64,000 bases of DNA from Eledone cirrhosa (Eukaryota), in assembly GCA_964016885.1 (NCBI GenBank), contig OZ024747.1, positions 4,278,001 through 4,342,000 on the forward strand. The letters are read 5' to 3'. A program made the translations under genes and the position numbers. Below, in pieces: positions 10,978 to 24,081 of the stretch. The notes beneath the pieces are model-generated. The model saw only the letters and a program-made list of their open reading frames with translations, was not told where the DNA came from and searched no databases. Numbering within the stretch: the stretch's first letter is position 1; every line of letters begins with the position of its first letter.

Positions 10978-12767
10978 ATCATCATCATCATCGTTTAACG
11001 TCCATCTTCCACGCTAGCATGGGTTAGTTGGGAGTTGTCCCACTTGAGGCAAGGTTGATCGGGTGACCGTGTCTTGCTCATATAGGACTATCTAGCAGGT
11101 TTTCTACGGCTGGATGCCCTTCCTAACACCAACCACATTTACAGTGTGGAACTGGGAACTTTTTACCGTGTTACCTACACGGCCTCATTACAGCGTGGAC
11201 TGTGTTTTTTTTTTTTGTCGTGACACCTACACGATCTCGATCTCATTATCTCGTGGTGTTGGTGGGAGTGGGAGGATAGGGTAGTGGATTGGGGTGTATA
11301 TTTGGTTAAGAGGTGCCTATTGACTATAGGTTTCGCTTTGTACATAGGCAAGGTGGGTCTTCTGTATTACTGCATAGTGCCAAAGATCTCGGTCCAGTGA
11401 CATTGTCTTGGAGAGGTGTAAGTGTGTAAGGTCGGAATTTATCAGATCGTCCCGGGTTTTTCTGGGTCTACCTACTCCGTAACTACCATCAATTTTGATC
11501 ACCCTGCACTTTTTTATGCAGCTGTCGTCTTTCATGCGCATCATGTGACCATACCAACGTAGTCTTCTCTCAAGTAAACAACATGTGATCCCTCTTATTC
11601 CTAATTTCTCACTTATTTCATTTATGCTTTGCCGTTCACGTATATTACTATTACACATCCAACGGAACATGCATGCTTCGTTCCTTTCCAGTCTGCGCAG
11701 GTCCTCTGCACGTAATGCCCATGTCTCACTGCCATGTAGCATTGCTGTTCGTATACAGGCATCATACAATCTGCCTTTCATTTTTAGAGAGAAACCTTTT
11801 GTGGCCAACAGCGGTATAAGCTCTCTGAACTTTTTCCATCCCGTTCTGACTCTGGCTACTGTACTTTCAGAACACCCTCCACCACTGCTGATTTCGTCAC
11901 CCAGGTAACGGAAAGTGTCTACTATTTCTATAGAACCATCTGGGCAATAGAAGGAGTTAGTATCCTTTGGGCACTTGCTACTTATTGCACCTGAGCATTG
12001 GCCACATATAAAGTCTACGTTCTTAGATAGTTTACCTGTGATCCCACTACATCTTTTATGTACCCATACTTTGCATTTGGGACATAAAATAGAATCTCTG
12101 CCTACTCCTTTCCTACACACTGAGCATGGCCCTGAGGGCACCTGTGCCTTATTTTCCTTTCTACAAACTATAACTTTAGTCTTAGACAAGTTAACTTTAA
12201 GGCCTTTTGATTCTAGGCCATGCTTCCATGTTTCAAATTCTTCTCTAGTTCAGCCATTGATTCAGCTATGAGCGTTAGATCATCTGCGTATAGGAGTTCC
12301 CATGGACAGCCAGTCTTGAACTCCTCTGTTATAGCCTGAAGGGCAATAATAAATAGGAGGGGGCTAAGGACAGAGCCTTGATGAACGCAAACTTTTACAC
12401 TAAATTCTTCACAATATTTATTGTTAATTCTAACCTTACCGACTGTTTCATTATACATAGCTTCTATAGCTCTCACAAGCCATTCATCTACACCTAGTTT
12501 TCTAAGAGCCCACCAGATAATGGAGCGGGGGACTCTGTCAAAGGCTTTCTCCAGGTCTACAAAAGCTAAGTAGAGGGGTTTACTTTTAGTTAGGTACTTC
12601 TCTTGTAGTTGCCGTACAAGGAAAAGAGCGTCTGTGGTACTTTTACCTGACACAAACCCAAACTGCATTTCATCTAGATCAATTCGCTCTCTGGTTAGTT
12701 GCGCTATAACTCTTTCTGTGACCTTCATGACCTGGTCAACTAACGTAACGCCTCTATAGTTTCCCCT
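10978..12767 (-). mobile_element. RTE LINE, 5'-truncated (subfamily C), frameshifted RT
   Basis: ORFs 12213..12728 (FVDLEKAFD, QGSVLSP, YADD) and 11317..12189, then a 3' UTR and (GAT)n tail. Confidence 0.97.
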
Positions 12768-12833
12768 ATATATATATATATATATTATAAAATAACAGGA
12801 GGCTGGACTGGTGTAATTCCTTAAAGGTTTATT

Positions 12834-12891
12834 ATACTATGAACATTTCAATGACCGGGCTCAGTATGAATCTGGTGACATCATCAGATAT
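12834..12891 (-). ncRNA. hammerhead-like motif in pLTR-like remnant (~12785-13120)
   Basis: AUAU CUGAUGA [irregular stem II] GAAAU GUUC AUA GUAU, followed by AAUAAA. Confidence 0.5.
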
Positions 12892-13424
12892 TCCGAAATT
12901 TAACAAAGGAATATAATAGACACAATCCAAGGGGCTGAAAAGCAGAGACATGCCCAAGACGAGAAGGCGGCCAAAATATCAGCAGTTGCCAGGCCGGGCA
13001 GGGTGGAGAAGAGATAACATGTTTGTCACAGATTATTAATGATAAATTTAGAAAAATTAACAGAGAGGACAAGACAATGAAGGAAAACAAAGAAAAATGA
13101 AAAATATTTTTTTAATATGAACATTAAAAAATTGTTTTTTTACAAAATAAAAATACAAAAGACAGAACTCCAGAGTCATTGTCGATTGAGATGGACTTTG
13201 GCAGTTTTGGCTCCTACCAACGGTACTGTCCTCACACACACACAGGCACATGCACACATATACACACATTTACATGCACTCATATACATGCCACCCACAC
13301 ACAGCAGGCTTCTGCACAGTTTCTGTCTATTAGTTTCACACACAAGGTTATTTACTGAGATTGAATTGAAAACCACATGATTATAAACCAAACTTCTTAA
13401 CCACAGTCATGCCAGTGCCTATTA

Positions 13425-14008
13425 TTATATCAGTAGAGGGTCGGACGCCATGCTTTGCAACATAGAGTTACGGCCCTTTATGATCTGAGTTCAAATCCCG
13501 TCGAGGTTAACTTTGCCTTTCATCCTTACGGGGTCGATAAAATAAGGTACCAGTAATGTCCTGGGTAATTTCTGTACTTGTGCCAAAAGTAGAAACAATT
13601 ATTATTATTATTATTACCAGGATGGTAAGGGCGGAGGATTGGCAGTATCGGTAGAGGGTCGGACACCATGCTTTGCAGCATAGAGCTTATGGCCCTTTAT
13701 GATCTGAGTTCAAATCCCGCCGAGGTTAACTTTGCTTTTCATCCTTACGGGGTTCGATAAAATAAAGTACGAGTCACGCATTGTAGTTGATTTAATCGAC
13801 TTTCCCCTCCCCCAAAATTGCTGGCCTTGTGCCTAAGAAACCATTATTACTAGGGTGGTGGATTGGCAGTATCAGTAGGGTCTGAAATAAAACAATGAAA
13901 TAAAGTACCAGTAATGCACTGGGATCAATTTAATCAACTTTCCATTCCCCTTCAAATTGCTGGCCTTGTGCCTAAAGTAGAAACAATTATTGTTATTGTT
14001 ATTATTAT
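13425..14008 (+). mobile_element. three head-to-tail MetaSINE-type SINEs
   Basis: Copies at ~13425-13617, ~13629-13850 and ~13851-14008 (internally deleted), each with an (ATT)n tail. Meta-like gttaactttgcctttcatccttacggggtcgataaaat. Confidence 0.88.
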
Positions 14009-14744
14009 AGAAAGTTAATGTTTACTAATATCTAATTTTTATAGAATTTGCTAATATCAAAATTGATTTGATGATTAACAGTTAGTTAACAGTCAAATAA
14101 CTAAGGCTTTACTTTTTTCTGTTCATTTTCTGATTTTAGCTCTCTCTCTCCTTTGTCAGGAATTTTATTTTACATATTCTTCTAACAATAATTGCAGTCT
14201 TCTCCTTTCTCTTTCCCCCTCTCCCCCAATTTCCATCTCACCAAATGCATTACTAGAAATATAGTTTCATTGAAACATCTAAGCAGTACTTTTGATTTTA
14301 CGAATAAGAAAAAAGGGGGAAGGGTACAAAACAGCAAACAACACCTCCTCCACCACTTCTACAACGACCGCCACCACTATTTCTCTTATTATTGATTCTA
14401 ACCCTTGGTTCAACTCAATACTTTAATGGACCGTAAATCCATTCCTGAAAAATGTCTTTTGCATCAAAGGAAACAAGAGACTTCAGAATTCTTTTTTTTC
14501 TTTAGTTTTTGTCAGTTTATTTCTATCACCATTGTTATTGTTGTTGTTGTTATTAGTAGTAGTATTGGTAGTAGTAGTAGTAGTAGTAGTAGTAATAGTA
14601 GTAGTAGTACTATCATTATTATTTTTCATTGATTAAAAAAACAGCATCATTCTTATAATTTCACATTGTAATATATACTTAGCTGTTGCCCCTGAGGCAA
14701 ATAAAGGAATCAAGAATGGCTGAATTGTTTGAGTATTAGACAAG

Positions 14745-15075
14745 TATTTTCTTCTTCGTCTTCTCCATCTCCTCTCTGAGAGGATCATGGGGGAAGAGTC
14801 CTTCGACACTCCTTCCAGCAAGTCTTGTCATAAGAAACCATCTCCAACAGATCCAGCTGGATCCTCAAGCGTGACCAGCCAAGCTCATGGATGTTATCCA
14901 ACCATCTTGCTTGGGGTCTACCCCTGGGTCTCCTGCCGGTTGGTTTTGTCCAACAATTCTATTCTGAGACATTCTAACCACATGTTCATTCTATCAGAGC
15001 TGTGATCTCTCAATTTGGAGAAGCAGCAGCTCTACCTGGAGCGACTCTCTCATCTCCGAGCTGTTATTAGAGTGT
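14745..15075 (-). mobile_element. Rex3/Expander-like RTE 3' fragment
   Basis: Colinear with 4270-4555 (cccctgggtctcctgc.ggttggttttg, gacattctaaccacatg, gtgatctctcaattt). Confidence 0.7.
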
Positions 15076-15157
15076 TGGATGAACAAAATGATAGAGTGGC
15101 AGTAATAAGTATTGCTCAACTCAAGTTCACATGACTTGTCTATTATTATTATTACTA

Positions 15158-15548
15158 GCGGTGGATTGGCAGTATCAGTAGAGAATCGGATGCCATGCTA
15201 TGCAGTATAGAGTTGCGGCCCTTTACGGTCTGAGGTCAAATCCCGTTGAGGTTAACTTTGCCTTTCATCCTTACAGGGTTGATAAAATGGAGTACCAGTA
15301 ATGCACTGGGATAATTGCTGGCTTTGTGCCAAAAGTAGAAGTAATTATTACTATTGCTATTAGGGTGGCAGTTTGGCAGTCTTGGTAGAATGTCAGACAA
15401 CATAGTTACGTCCCTTTATGTTCTGAGTTCAAATCCTGCCGGTGTTAGCTTTGCCCTTCATCCTTATGGAGTCAATAAAATAAAATACCAGTAATCAACA
15501 TCCCCTTCCCCCATAATTATTGGCCTTATTCCTAAATCAGAAACCATT
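15158..15548 (+). mobile_element. two tandem MetaSINE-type SINEs
   Basis: Copies at ~15158-15360 and ~15362-15548. Confidence 0.85.
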
Positions 15549-16066
15549 TGTTTTATCACACAGACATCATAACAGCAGAAAGATTTCTGTTTCTGTTGCG
15601 TGATCCAACATTGTGAAATAGTCTGAGAGGTGATAGGGTGAAGATGTGTGAACTTCTACATCGTCTTTATTTCCCTCTCTCATTTCTATGTGAAAATGCA
15701 CTTCTCCTTGTCTTCCTCCTATTTTAATCTTTTCTATATTTCATCAGCCTGTCATCCACCTCATGGATTGTCTCTCTCTAGACCACTGGTCGCTGGTCTC
15801 AGTCCTCTCATGCTGTCCTTGACAGCATTTAGTTGTGTTAACAGCTGTTCTAGCGATGAATTTTCTCACTTTTATATTAATTTAAATACAGTCTCGCTTC
15901 ATCTCGATCAGAGACAACAACGTTTATTTATATGCATTATCCTTATTATCATTATTATTGTATTTTTATGATGGCAGGGTGTAATTTGAGGGAGATTTGG
16001 CTGCTGTCATCTTCAACATAATCATCTCTACTGTCATCATCATCATTCCCACCACCATTATGATCA

Positions 16067-16688
16067 CTAGCAGAAAAACCACCCTTCGGGTGGTTTTTCT
16101 GCTAGCATGTGTAGTGTGTATATTGATATTATACGCAGGTGTATATACATGTAGATATGATACATCAAATAACATCGTAATTGACAATATACACAGAAAT
16201 GGAACGGAGACTGTGTTACACTCTCTTATGTAATCAACAACGTAATCCATGATACATTAAAAAAAAGACGATATTATATATAAACTGCATTAGGAGAAAA
16301 TTAGTGATGGAAATATATGTATGTTTATTTAAGTGATCGTTAACCGGAAGTGTTGACATTTGAAAATTTTAAAGAAGTGAATCTTTAAATAAGCAATAAA
16401 ATATATTTAATCAACAGCCACAAAATTTAGTAGATAAAACATGTTATATTCATTCATTATTTATTCAAAGTAATACTGACTGAGTTCAAATCCCACCAAG
16501 GTTAACTTTGCCTTTCATCCTAACGGGGTCGATAAAATAAAGTACCAGTAATGCACTGGGTAATTGCTGGCCTTGTGCCAAAAGTAGAAACAATTATTTA
16601 TTCAAAGTAATCCAACTTATTTTACAAACGGGATAAAAAAATATATTCTGGACGCAGTCCCGCATTCCTTACTTTATTATAGTTTAGA
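16067..16688 (-). mobile_element. complete non-autonomous Helitron
   Basis: Minus strand A|TCTAAACTATAATAAAG ... hairpin-CTAG|T, no TSD, inserted in a (CAT)n tract. A second partial copy is at 6592. Confidence 0.85.
16475..16597 (+). mobile_element. 5'-truncated MetaSINE-type SINE nested in the Helitron
   Basis: Flanked by direct repeat attatttattcaaagtaat (16456-16474 and 16593-16611). The site is empty in the 6592 copy. Confidence 0.9.
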
Positions 16689-16895
16689 TTGTCATTGTCA
16701 TCATCATTGTCATCATCATTGTCATCATCATTGTCATCATCATTGCCATCATCATCAATGTCATCATCATTGTCATCATCATTGCCATCATCATCATTGT
16801 CATCATCAATGTCATCATCATTGCCATCATCATTAATATTTATCGTAGTTCAACATCCTCATTGTCATTCTTATTGTCATCATCATTGTTTTGTC
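16689..16895. repeat. (TCA)n-derived 12-bp repeat
   Basis: ttgtcatcatca units. Confidence 0.9.
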
Positions 16896-16979
16896 ATGTA
16901 TGCTTTTAACCCCCCCCCCCCTCTCAGACAGACAGATGACAAATGTTTCCCATGTGAAGTGTTAGCTGAAACAATCATC

Positions 16980-17408
16980 ATTCTCTCACATGTCCCCATT
17001 TCTCTCAGATGTCCCCATTTCTCTCACATGTCCCCATTTCTCTCACATGTCCCCATTTCTCTCAGATTTCCCCATTTCTCTCAGATGTCCCCATTTCTCT
17101 CACATGTCCCCATTTCTCTCACATGTCCCGATTTCTCTCAGATGTCCCCATTTCTCTCAGATGTCCCCATTTCTCTCACATGTCCCCATTTCTCTCACAT
17201 GTCCCCATTTCTCTCAGATGTCCCCATTTCTCTCAGATGTCCCCATTTCTCTCACATGTCCCCATTTCTCTCACATGTCCCCATTTCTCTCAGATGTCCC
17301 CATTTCTCTCACATGTCCCCATTTCTCTTAGATGTCCCCATTTCTCTTAGATGTCCCCATTTCTCTTAGATGTCCCCATTTCTCTTAGATGTCCCCATTT
17401 CTCTCACA
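16980..17408. repeat. 19-bp minisatellite, ~22 copies
   Basis: ttctctca(c/g)atgtccccat. Confidence 0.97.
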
Positions 17409-17703
17409 CAAAGTTATTTGTCATGCTGTAGTTTCTTTGGAGTTCCATGTAAGGAAAATAGGGTTGGATTGGCATGGGTGGAGAGGTTGTTCTTTTGGGG
17501 TTGGTTTACTGAGGAGGGGTTTCGAAGAACAACAATAAAACATACTACTACTACAACTCCTGCTGCTACCACTACTACTACTACTGCTACTAAGACAGGC
17601 AATTGACAGTCATTTGTGCATCACATGCAATTATCAACATTATCCATTCTATTTCCATGTTGACATATTCTGAAAGTAGCCGACATACTCATATCACCAA
17701 CAA

Positions 17704-17897
17704 CTTTACAGAGTGTACTGGGTGTATTATATCATGACACCAACACTACCACTTTACAGCGTGTACTGGGTGTATTTTATCATGACACCAACACTACCAC
17801 TTTACAGAGTGTACTGGGTGTATTTTATCATGACACCAGCACTACCATTTTACAGAGTGTACTGGGTGTATTTTATCATGACACCAGCACTACCATT
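17704..17897. repeat. 48-bp tandem repeat x4, derived from an RTE 3'-UTR module
   Basis: tttacagagtgtactgggtgtattttatcatgacacca.cactacca; adjoins a degraded minus-strand RTE tail at 17625-17703. Confidence 0.85.
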
Positions 17898-18076
17898 ATA
17901 TATATATGTCTCTTTTTCTATTACCCACTCACTACCCTAAGTATTGAGTACTCTGGTGCATTATGGTCCACCTGGTTCCTTACCACACTTTCTTTGTTTG
18001 TATATGAATATATATATATGTGTGTGTGTATATATATATATATGTGTGTGTGTGTATATATATATGTGTATGTGTG

Positions 18077-18107
<31 letters not shown>

Positions 18108-18173
18108 ATATATTTCTGTTTCTCTCTATCTCCCCATATATATATATATATATACATGTATATATATATATAT

Positions 18174-18233
<60 letters not shown>

Positions 18234-18235
<2 letters not shown>

Positions 18236-18578
18236 AGGCCCATGGCTTAGTGGTTAGAGCATTGGCCTTGCAATCGAAAGGTTGTGAGTTCAATTCTCAG
18301 ACCGGGTGATGTGTTGTTTCCTTGAGCAAGAGACTTTATTTCACATTGCTACAGTTTACTCAGCTGTAGAAATGAAATGATAGGGACTGGGGTCCATATC
18401 ATTCCACTGTAAAGTGGTCGTGCAGGTGCCACGGCAAAAAAACACCCAGCACTCACTGTAAATGAGGTTGGTGTTAGGAAGGGCATCCAGCCATAGAAAT
18501 CAAGCCAGAATCAGTTCCCGTCCCACCCTTGCAAGCAGGGAAAAAGCGGACATAAAATGAAATGATGATGAATGATGA
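18234..18578 (+). mobile_element. full-length tRNA-CORE SINE with RTE-derived tail
   Basis: tRNA-like head, CORE-like domain and RTE 3' end; inserted in (TA)n. Confidence 0.92.
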
Positions 18579-18627
18579 CATATATATATATATATATATA
18601 TATACATATTATATACATATTATATAC

Positions 18628-18698
<71 letters not shown>

Positions 18699-18707
18699 CA
18701 TATATAT

Positions 18708-20187
18708 AGAATTAACAACGAATATAGTGAAGAGTTTAGCGTAATAGTTGGCGTCCATCAGGGCTCTGTTCTCAGCCCCCTACTATTTATTATTGCCCTT
18801 CAGGCTATAACAGAGGAGTTCAAGACCATGGGAGCTCCTATACACAGATGACCTGACACTCATAGCGGAATCAATGGCCGAGCTAGAGAAGAAATTCCAA
18901 ACATGGAAGCACGGCCTAGAATCAAAAGGCCTTAAAATTAACCTGGCTAAGACTAAAGTTCTAGTTTGTAGGAAAGAAAATAAGGCAGCGGTCCCTTCTG
19001 GGAAATGGTCGTGCTCGGTGTGTAGGAAAGGCGTAGGTAGAAACTCCATTTTATGTCCTAAATGCAAAGTATGGGTGCATAAAAGATGTAGTGGGATCAC
19101 AGGTAAGCTAACTAAGAACATAGATTTTACATGTGGCCGGTGCTCTGGTGCAATAAGTAGCAGCAAGTGCCCACAAAATACTAGCTCTTTCAATTGCGCA
19201 GAGGGTTCTATAGAAATAGTGGACAGTTTCCGTTACCTGGGTGACAAAATCAGCAGTGGGGGAGGGTGCTCTGAAAGTACAGTAGCTAGAGTCAGAACTG
19301 GTTGGAAAAAGTTCAGAGAGCTTATACCACTATTAGCTGCTAAAGGGTTCTCCCTAAAAATGAAAGGCAGGTTGTACGATGCCTGCATACGAACAGCAAT
19401 GTTGCATGGCAGTGAGACCTGGGCATTGTGTGCAGAGGATATACGCAGACTAGAGAGGAACGAAGCTTGCATGCTCCGCTGGATGTGTAACAGTAATATA
19501 CGTGAACAGCAAAGCATAAACGAACTAAGGAAAAAATTAGAAATAAGAGGGATCAGATGTTGTTTACTCGAGAGAAGGCTACGTTGGTATGGACACGTGA
19601 TGCGCATGAAAGTCGATAGCTGTATAACAAAGTGCAGGGCAATAAAGATAGACGGTAGCCACGGAATAGGCAGACCTAGAAAAACCTGGGACGAGCTGAT
19701 AAACTCCGACCTCACACACTTACACCTCTCCAAGACAATGTCACTGGACCGAGACCTTTGGCGGTACTCAGTAACAGAGAAGACCCGCCTTACCTAAATA
19801 CATAGTAAAACCTACTACAGCCAGTAGGCATCTCTAACAAAATACCCCCGTCCCACCACCCCCACCCCATCCACACCACCCCGTTCTATGTAAAGTTATG
19901 TTGGTGCCACACCATCCAGGCCAAAACAAATGAGATCGTGTAGGTGTCACGACAAAAAAACACACAGTCCACGCTGTAATGTGGCCGTGTAGGCAACACG
20001 GTAAAAACCTCCCAGACCCACACTGTAAATGTGGTTGGTGTTAGGAAGGGCATCCAACTATAGAAAACCTGCCAGACAGTCCTATGCGAGCAAGACAATC
20101 ACTCTTGCCTCAAGTGGGACTACCCCCGTCCAAACCCATGCAAGCGTGGAACACGGACGTTAAACGTTGATGATGATGATGATGATG

Positions 20188-20189
<2 letters not shown>
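18708..20189 (+). mobile_element. RTE LINE, 5'-truncated (subfamily C')
   Basis: ORF 18874..19797 with C4HC3 finger, FRYLG and RLRWYGHV. Catalytic motif reads YTDD after a small deletion; (GAT)n tail. Confidence 0.96.
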
Positions 20190-20236
<47 letters not shown>

Positions 20237-20249
20237 CATATATATATAC

Positions 20250-20282
<33 letters not shown>

Positions 20283-20295
20283 CATATATATATAC

Positions 20296-20332
<37 letters not shown>

Positions 20333-20337
20333 CATAT

Positions 20338-20601
<264 letters not shown>

Positions 20602-20640
20602 CATATATATATACATATATATATATATATACATATATAT

Positions 20641-21238
20641 ATGGTGGCTGCCAACTCGTTTTCGAGTACGGCCACTACTTTATATCCATGTAGGAGAACC
20701 CCTACCGATGCGCTGAACGAGTGTGACTTTTTAGTCCAGCCAGCGACTTGAAAACTCTGGTACAAACACTACACTTGTGACAATTACTGACACATAGTGC
20801 TGGGCCCATGGTACCATGTGACGACAAGTGCAGAGAGATCTCCAGATATAAAGCAATGCCTGTGCCGTGAAGCTTTTATAGTGAGCAAAGGCACTGCACA
20901 AAGCCAGTCCCACTCTCTTAACCAAGATGATATTTACCAAAAAGAAGAACAAGTCAACATCATTGGATACCATCAGGGTTGCAGGTGTTATATCAGAGTT
21001 TTCCTTCTCCTAGAATTCTGCCTTGACAAAGGCTAAGGGGTCATCTCTCCCGGTGATTTTGGATGGCCATTGACTCTTAAGAGCTCCTTTGCCCTTTGAC
21101 AGGTTTTGTTTTTAGTCCTGCAGGATGTCCAAAGTCACCCTCCTCACCAAGAAACCTTGGTGGGGTTGCCAGTTTAGTCGCCAACGACCCGACCATGAGA
21201 CAGGTTGTACTGGGATACATGTTACCAGTAGCACCAAC
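20641..21238 (-). mobile_element. ~600-bp non-autonomous RTE-derived retroposon
   Basis: Near-identical to 62424-63011. Has the RTE 5'-UTR-like motif ctaggagaaggaaaactctga, a remnant C2H2 finger ([17 protein letters not shown]) and a terminal stem-loop. Confidence 0.85.
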
Positions 21239-21642
21239 ATATATATATATACATATATATATATACATATATATATATATACATATATATATACATATAT
21301 ATATACATATATATATACATATATATATATATACATATATATATACATATATATATACATATATATATAAATACATATATATATACATATATATATACAT
21401 ATATATATACATATATATATATATACATATATATATACATATATATATATATACATATATATATACATATATATATACATATATATATATATACATATAT
21501 ATATACATATATATATACATATATATATACATATATATATATATACATATATATATACATATATATATATATACATATATATATAAATATATATATATAC
21601 ATATATATATATATACATATATATATAAATATATATATATAC

Positions 21643-21677
<35 letters not shown>

Positions 21678-21885
21678 CATATATATATACATATATATAT
21701 ATATATGAAATACGTCCTTTTACGCACAAGGCGCCAAGGTACGCATGTATTGTCCAACCAAGTGCCAGTGTGGTTCAATGGCGGGTTAATAAATTAACGA
21801 GCCAGAACAAATATAAACAAGGTTTAGTAAATAATGAAAAAGTTTCAAAATAAATTTTAAAAAATTGACTTTACCTACTATAGTT

Positions 21886-21969
21886 ACCTTTACCGATCGG
21901 TTTCGAATCCCAAAAATAAAATGTAGGTCATACGGCCTTCGTTGCAAAGAGAGATTCTCGTCAGAAGGT
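21886..21969 (-). ncRNA. type I hammerhead ribozyme, copy 1
   Basis: ACCUU CUGACGA GAAUCU..GGAUUC GAAA CCGAUCGG UA AAGGU: complete core, stems I-III pair, GUA cleavage triplet. Confidence 0.88.
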
Positions 21970-22368
21970 TCTTTTCATTCAAAGAATATAAAATTCCTGA
22001 ATTTAAATCACAAACTAGCGCTATCAAAGACTGTTCCTGGGATGAGAGTGGATGATGTAGAACAGGTTTATCAAGGGCCGTAGTAAAGATAGAGGCAAAA
22101 GGAGGTAGGTCAAACTAGCCACCGCTGTTATCAGCAGCAGTCGGAATGACCCGGTTTGTTCTCAACGTTTGTGGAGGTAGTAGTAATATGAAATACGTCC
22201 TTTCACGCACAAGGCGCCAAGGTACGCATGTATTGTCCAACCAAGTGCCAGTGTGGTTCAATGGCGGGTTAATAAATTAACGAGCCAGAACAAATATAAA
22301 CAAGGTTTAGTAAATAATGAAAAAGTTTCAAAATAAATTTTAAAAAATTGACTTTACCTACTATAGTT

Positions 22369-22452
22369 ACCTTTACCGATCGGTTTCGAATCCCAAAAAT
22401 AAAACGTAGGTCATACGGCCTTCGTTGCAAAGAGAGATTCTCGTCAGAAGGT
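22369..22452 (-). ncRNA. type I hammerhead ribozyme, copy 2
   Basis: Same as 21886-21969 with one change in loop II. Confidence 0.88.
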
Positions 22453-22600
22453 TCTTTTCATTCAAGCAACGAAGGCCGTATGACCTACGTTTTATTTTTG
22501 GGATTCGAAACCGATCGGTAAAGGTAACTATAGTAGGTAAAGTCAATTTTTTAAAATTTATTTTGAAACTTTTTCATTATTTACTAAACCTTGTTTATAT

Positions 22601-22826
22601 ATATATATATATATACATATATATATACATATATATATACATATATATACATATATATATATATACATATATATATACATATATATATATATACATATAT
22701 ATACATATATATATACATATATATATACATATATATATATATACATATATATATAAATATATATATATACATATATATATATATACATATATATATAAAT
22801 ATATATATATACATATATATATATAC

Positions 22827-22905
<79 letters not shown>

Positions 22906-22922
22906 CATATATATATACATAC

Positions 22923-22953
<31 letters not shown>

Positions 22954-22954
22954 C

Positions 22955-22991
<37 letters not shown>

Positions 22992-23290
22992 ACAAAATAT
23001 ACCGATGTATAAATATAGAAATGAGTGAATTATTCTAAATATCCAACATACGCTTCCCTCAGTCTCTCCTCTCTCTCCCTCACTCTCTTCTCTCTCTCCC
23101 TCACTCTCTCTCTCCCTCCCCCACTCTTTCTCTCTCTCCCTCCCCCACTCTTTCTCTCTCTCCCTCACTCTCTACTTCACTCTCATTCTGTATGCATCAA
23201 TATGCAGTTATTTGTGCTCATAAATCAATCATTGTGACAGGATCAATATATATATATATGTGAATATATGTATGTATGTGTGTATATATG

Positions 23291-23324
<34 letters not shown>

Positions 23325-23479
23325 TGTATGTGCATGTATGTGTATATATGTATATATATATATGTATGTATGTATGTGATGTATGTATGTGTATATATGT
23401 ATGTATGTGTATATATGTATGTATGCATGTATATATGTATATATATGTATATATATATATATATGTATGTATATATATG

Positions 23480-23512
<33 letters not shown>

Positions 23513-23985
23513 GTATGTATGTATGTATGTATATGTGTATATATGTATGTGTATATATGTATGTATGTGTGTATGTATGTGTGTGTGTATGTATGTGTGT
23601 GTGTATGTATGTGTGTATGTGTGCGTATGTATGTGTGTATGTGTGTGTGTGTATGTGTGTATGTATGTATGTGTGTATGTATGTATGTGTGTGTGTATGT
23701 GTGTATGTATGTATGTGTGTGTGTATGTGTGTATGTATGTATGTGTGTGTGTATGTGTGTATGTATGTATGTGTGTGTGTATGTGTGTATGTATGTATGT
23801 GTGTGTGTATGTGTGTATGTATGTATGTGTGTGTGTATGTGTGTATGTATGTATGTGTGTATGTATGTGTGTATGTATGTATGTGTGTGTGTATGTGTGT
23901 ATGTATATATGTGTGTGTGTATGTGTGTATGTATGTATGTGTGTGTGTATGTGTGTATGTATGTATGTGTGTGTGTATGTGTGCA
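22601..23985. repeat. (TA/TACA)n, (CT)n and (TG/TATG)n microsatellite block
   Basis: Simple repeats with short unique spacers. Confidence 0.9.
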
Positions 23986-24081
23986 TAGTCTGCAGAAGGT
24001 AAAGTAGGTCATTGGAGGAGAAAGTCATTGCATGTAATATTAGTAGGATGGGGGGGGGGGGGGGTACACCTAATTACACAG

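Larger units (their letters stand above)
21705..22600 (-). mobile_element. non-coding hammerhead-bearing element (retrozyme or non-autonomous Penelope-like), 483-bp tandem unit plus 5' inverted copy
   Basis: 21705-~21982 is repeated at 22188-22465 (period 483). 22466-22600 is the reverse complement of ~22293-22428. Both flanks are (TA)n and there is no ORF with recognisable domains. Confidence 0.88.

Noticed and set aside
21077-24028. Many YI/HT/CV dipeptide ORFs (also near 18, 42, 47 and 56-58 kb)
   Set aside because: Translations of TA/CA/TG microsatellites.
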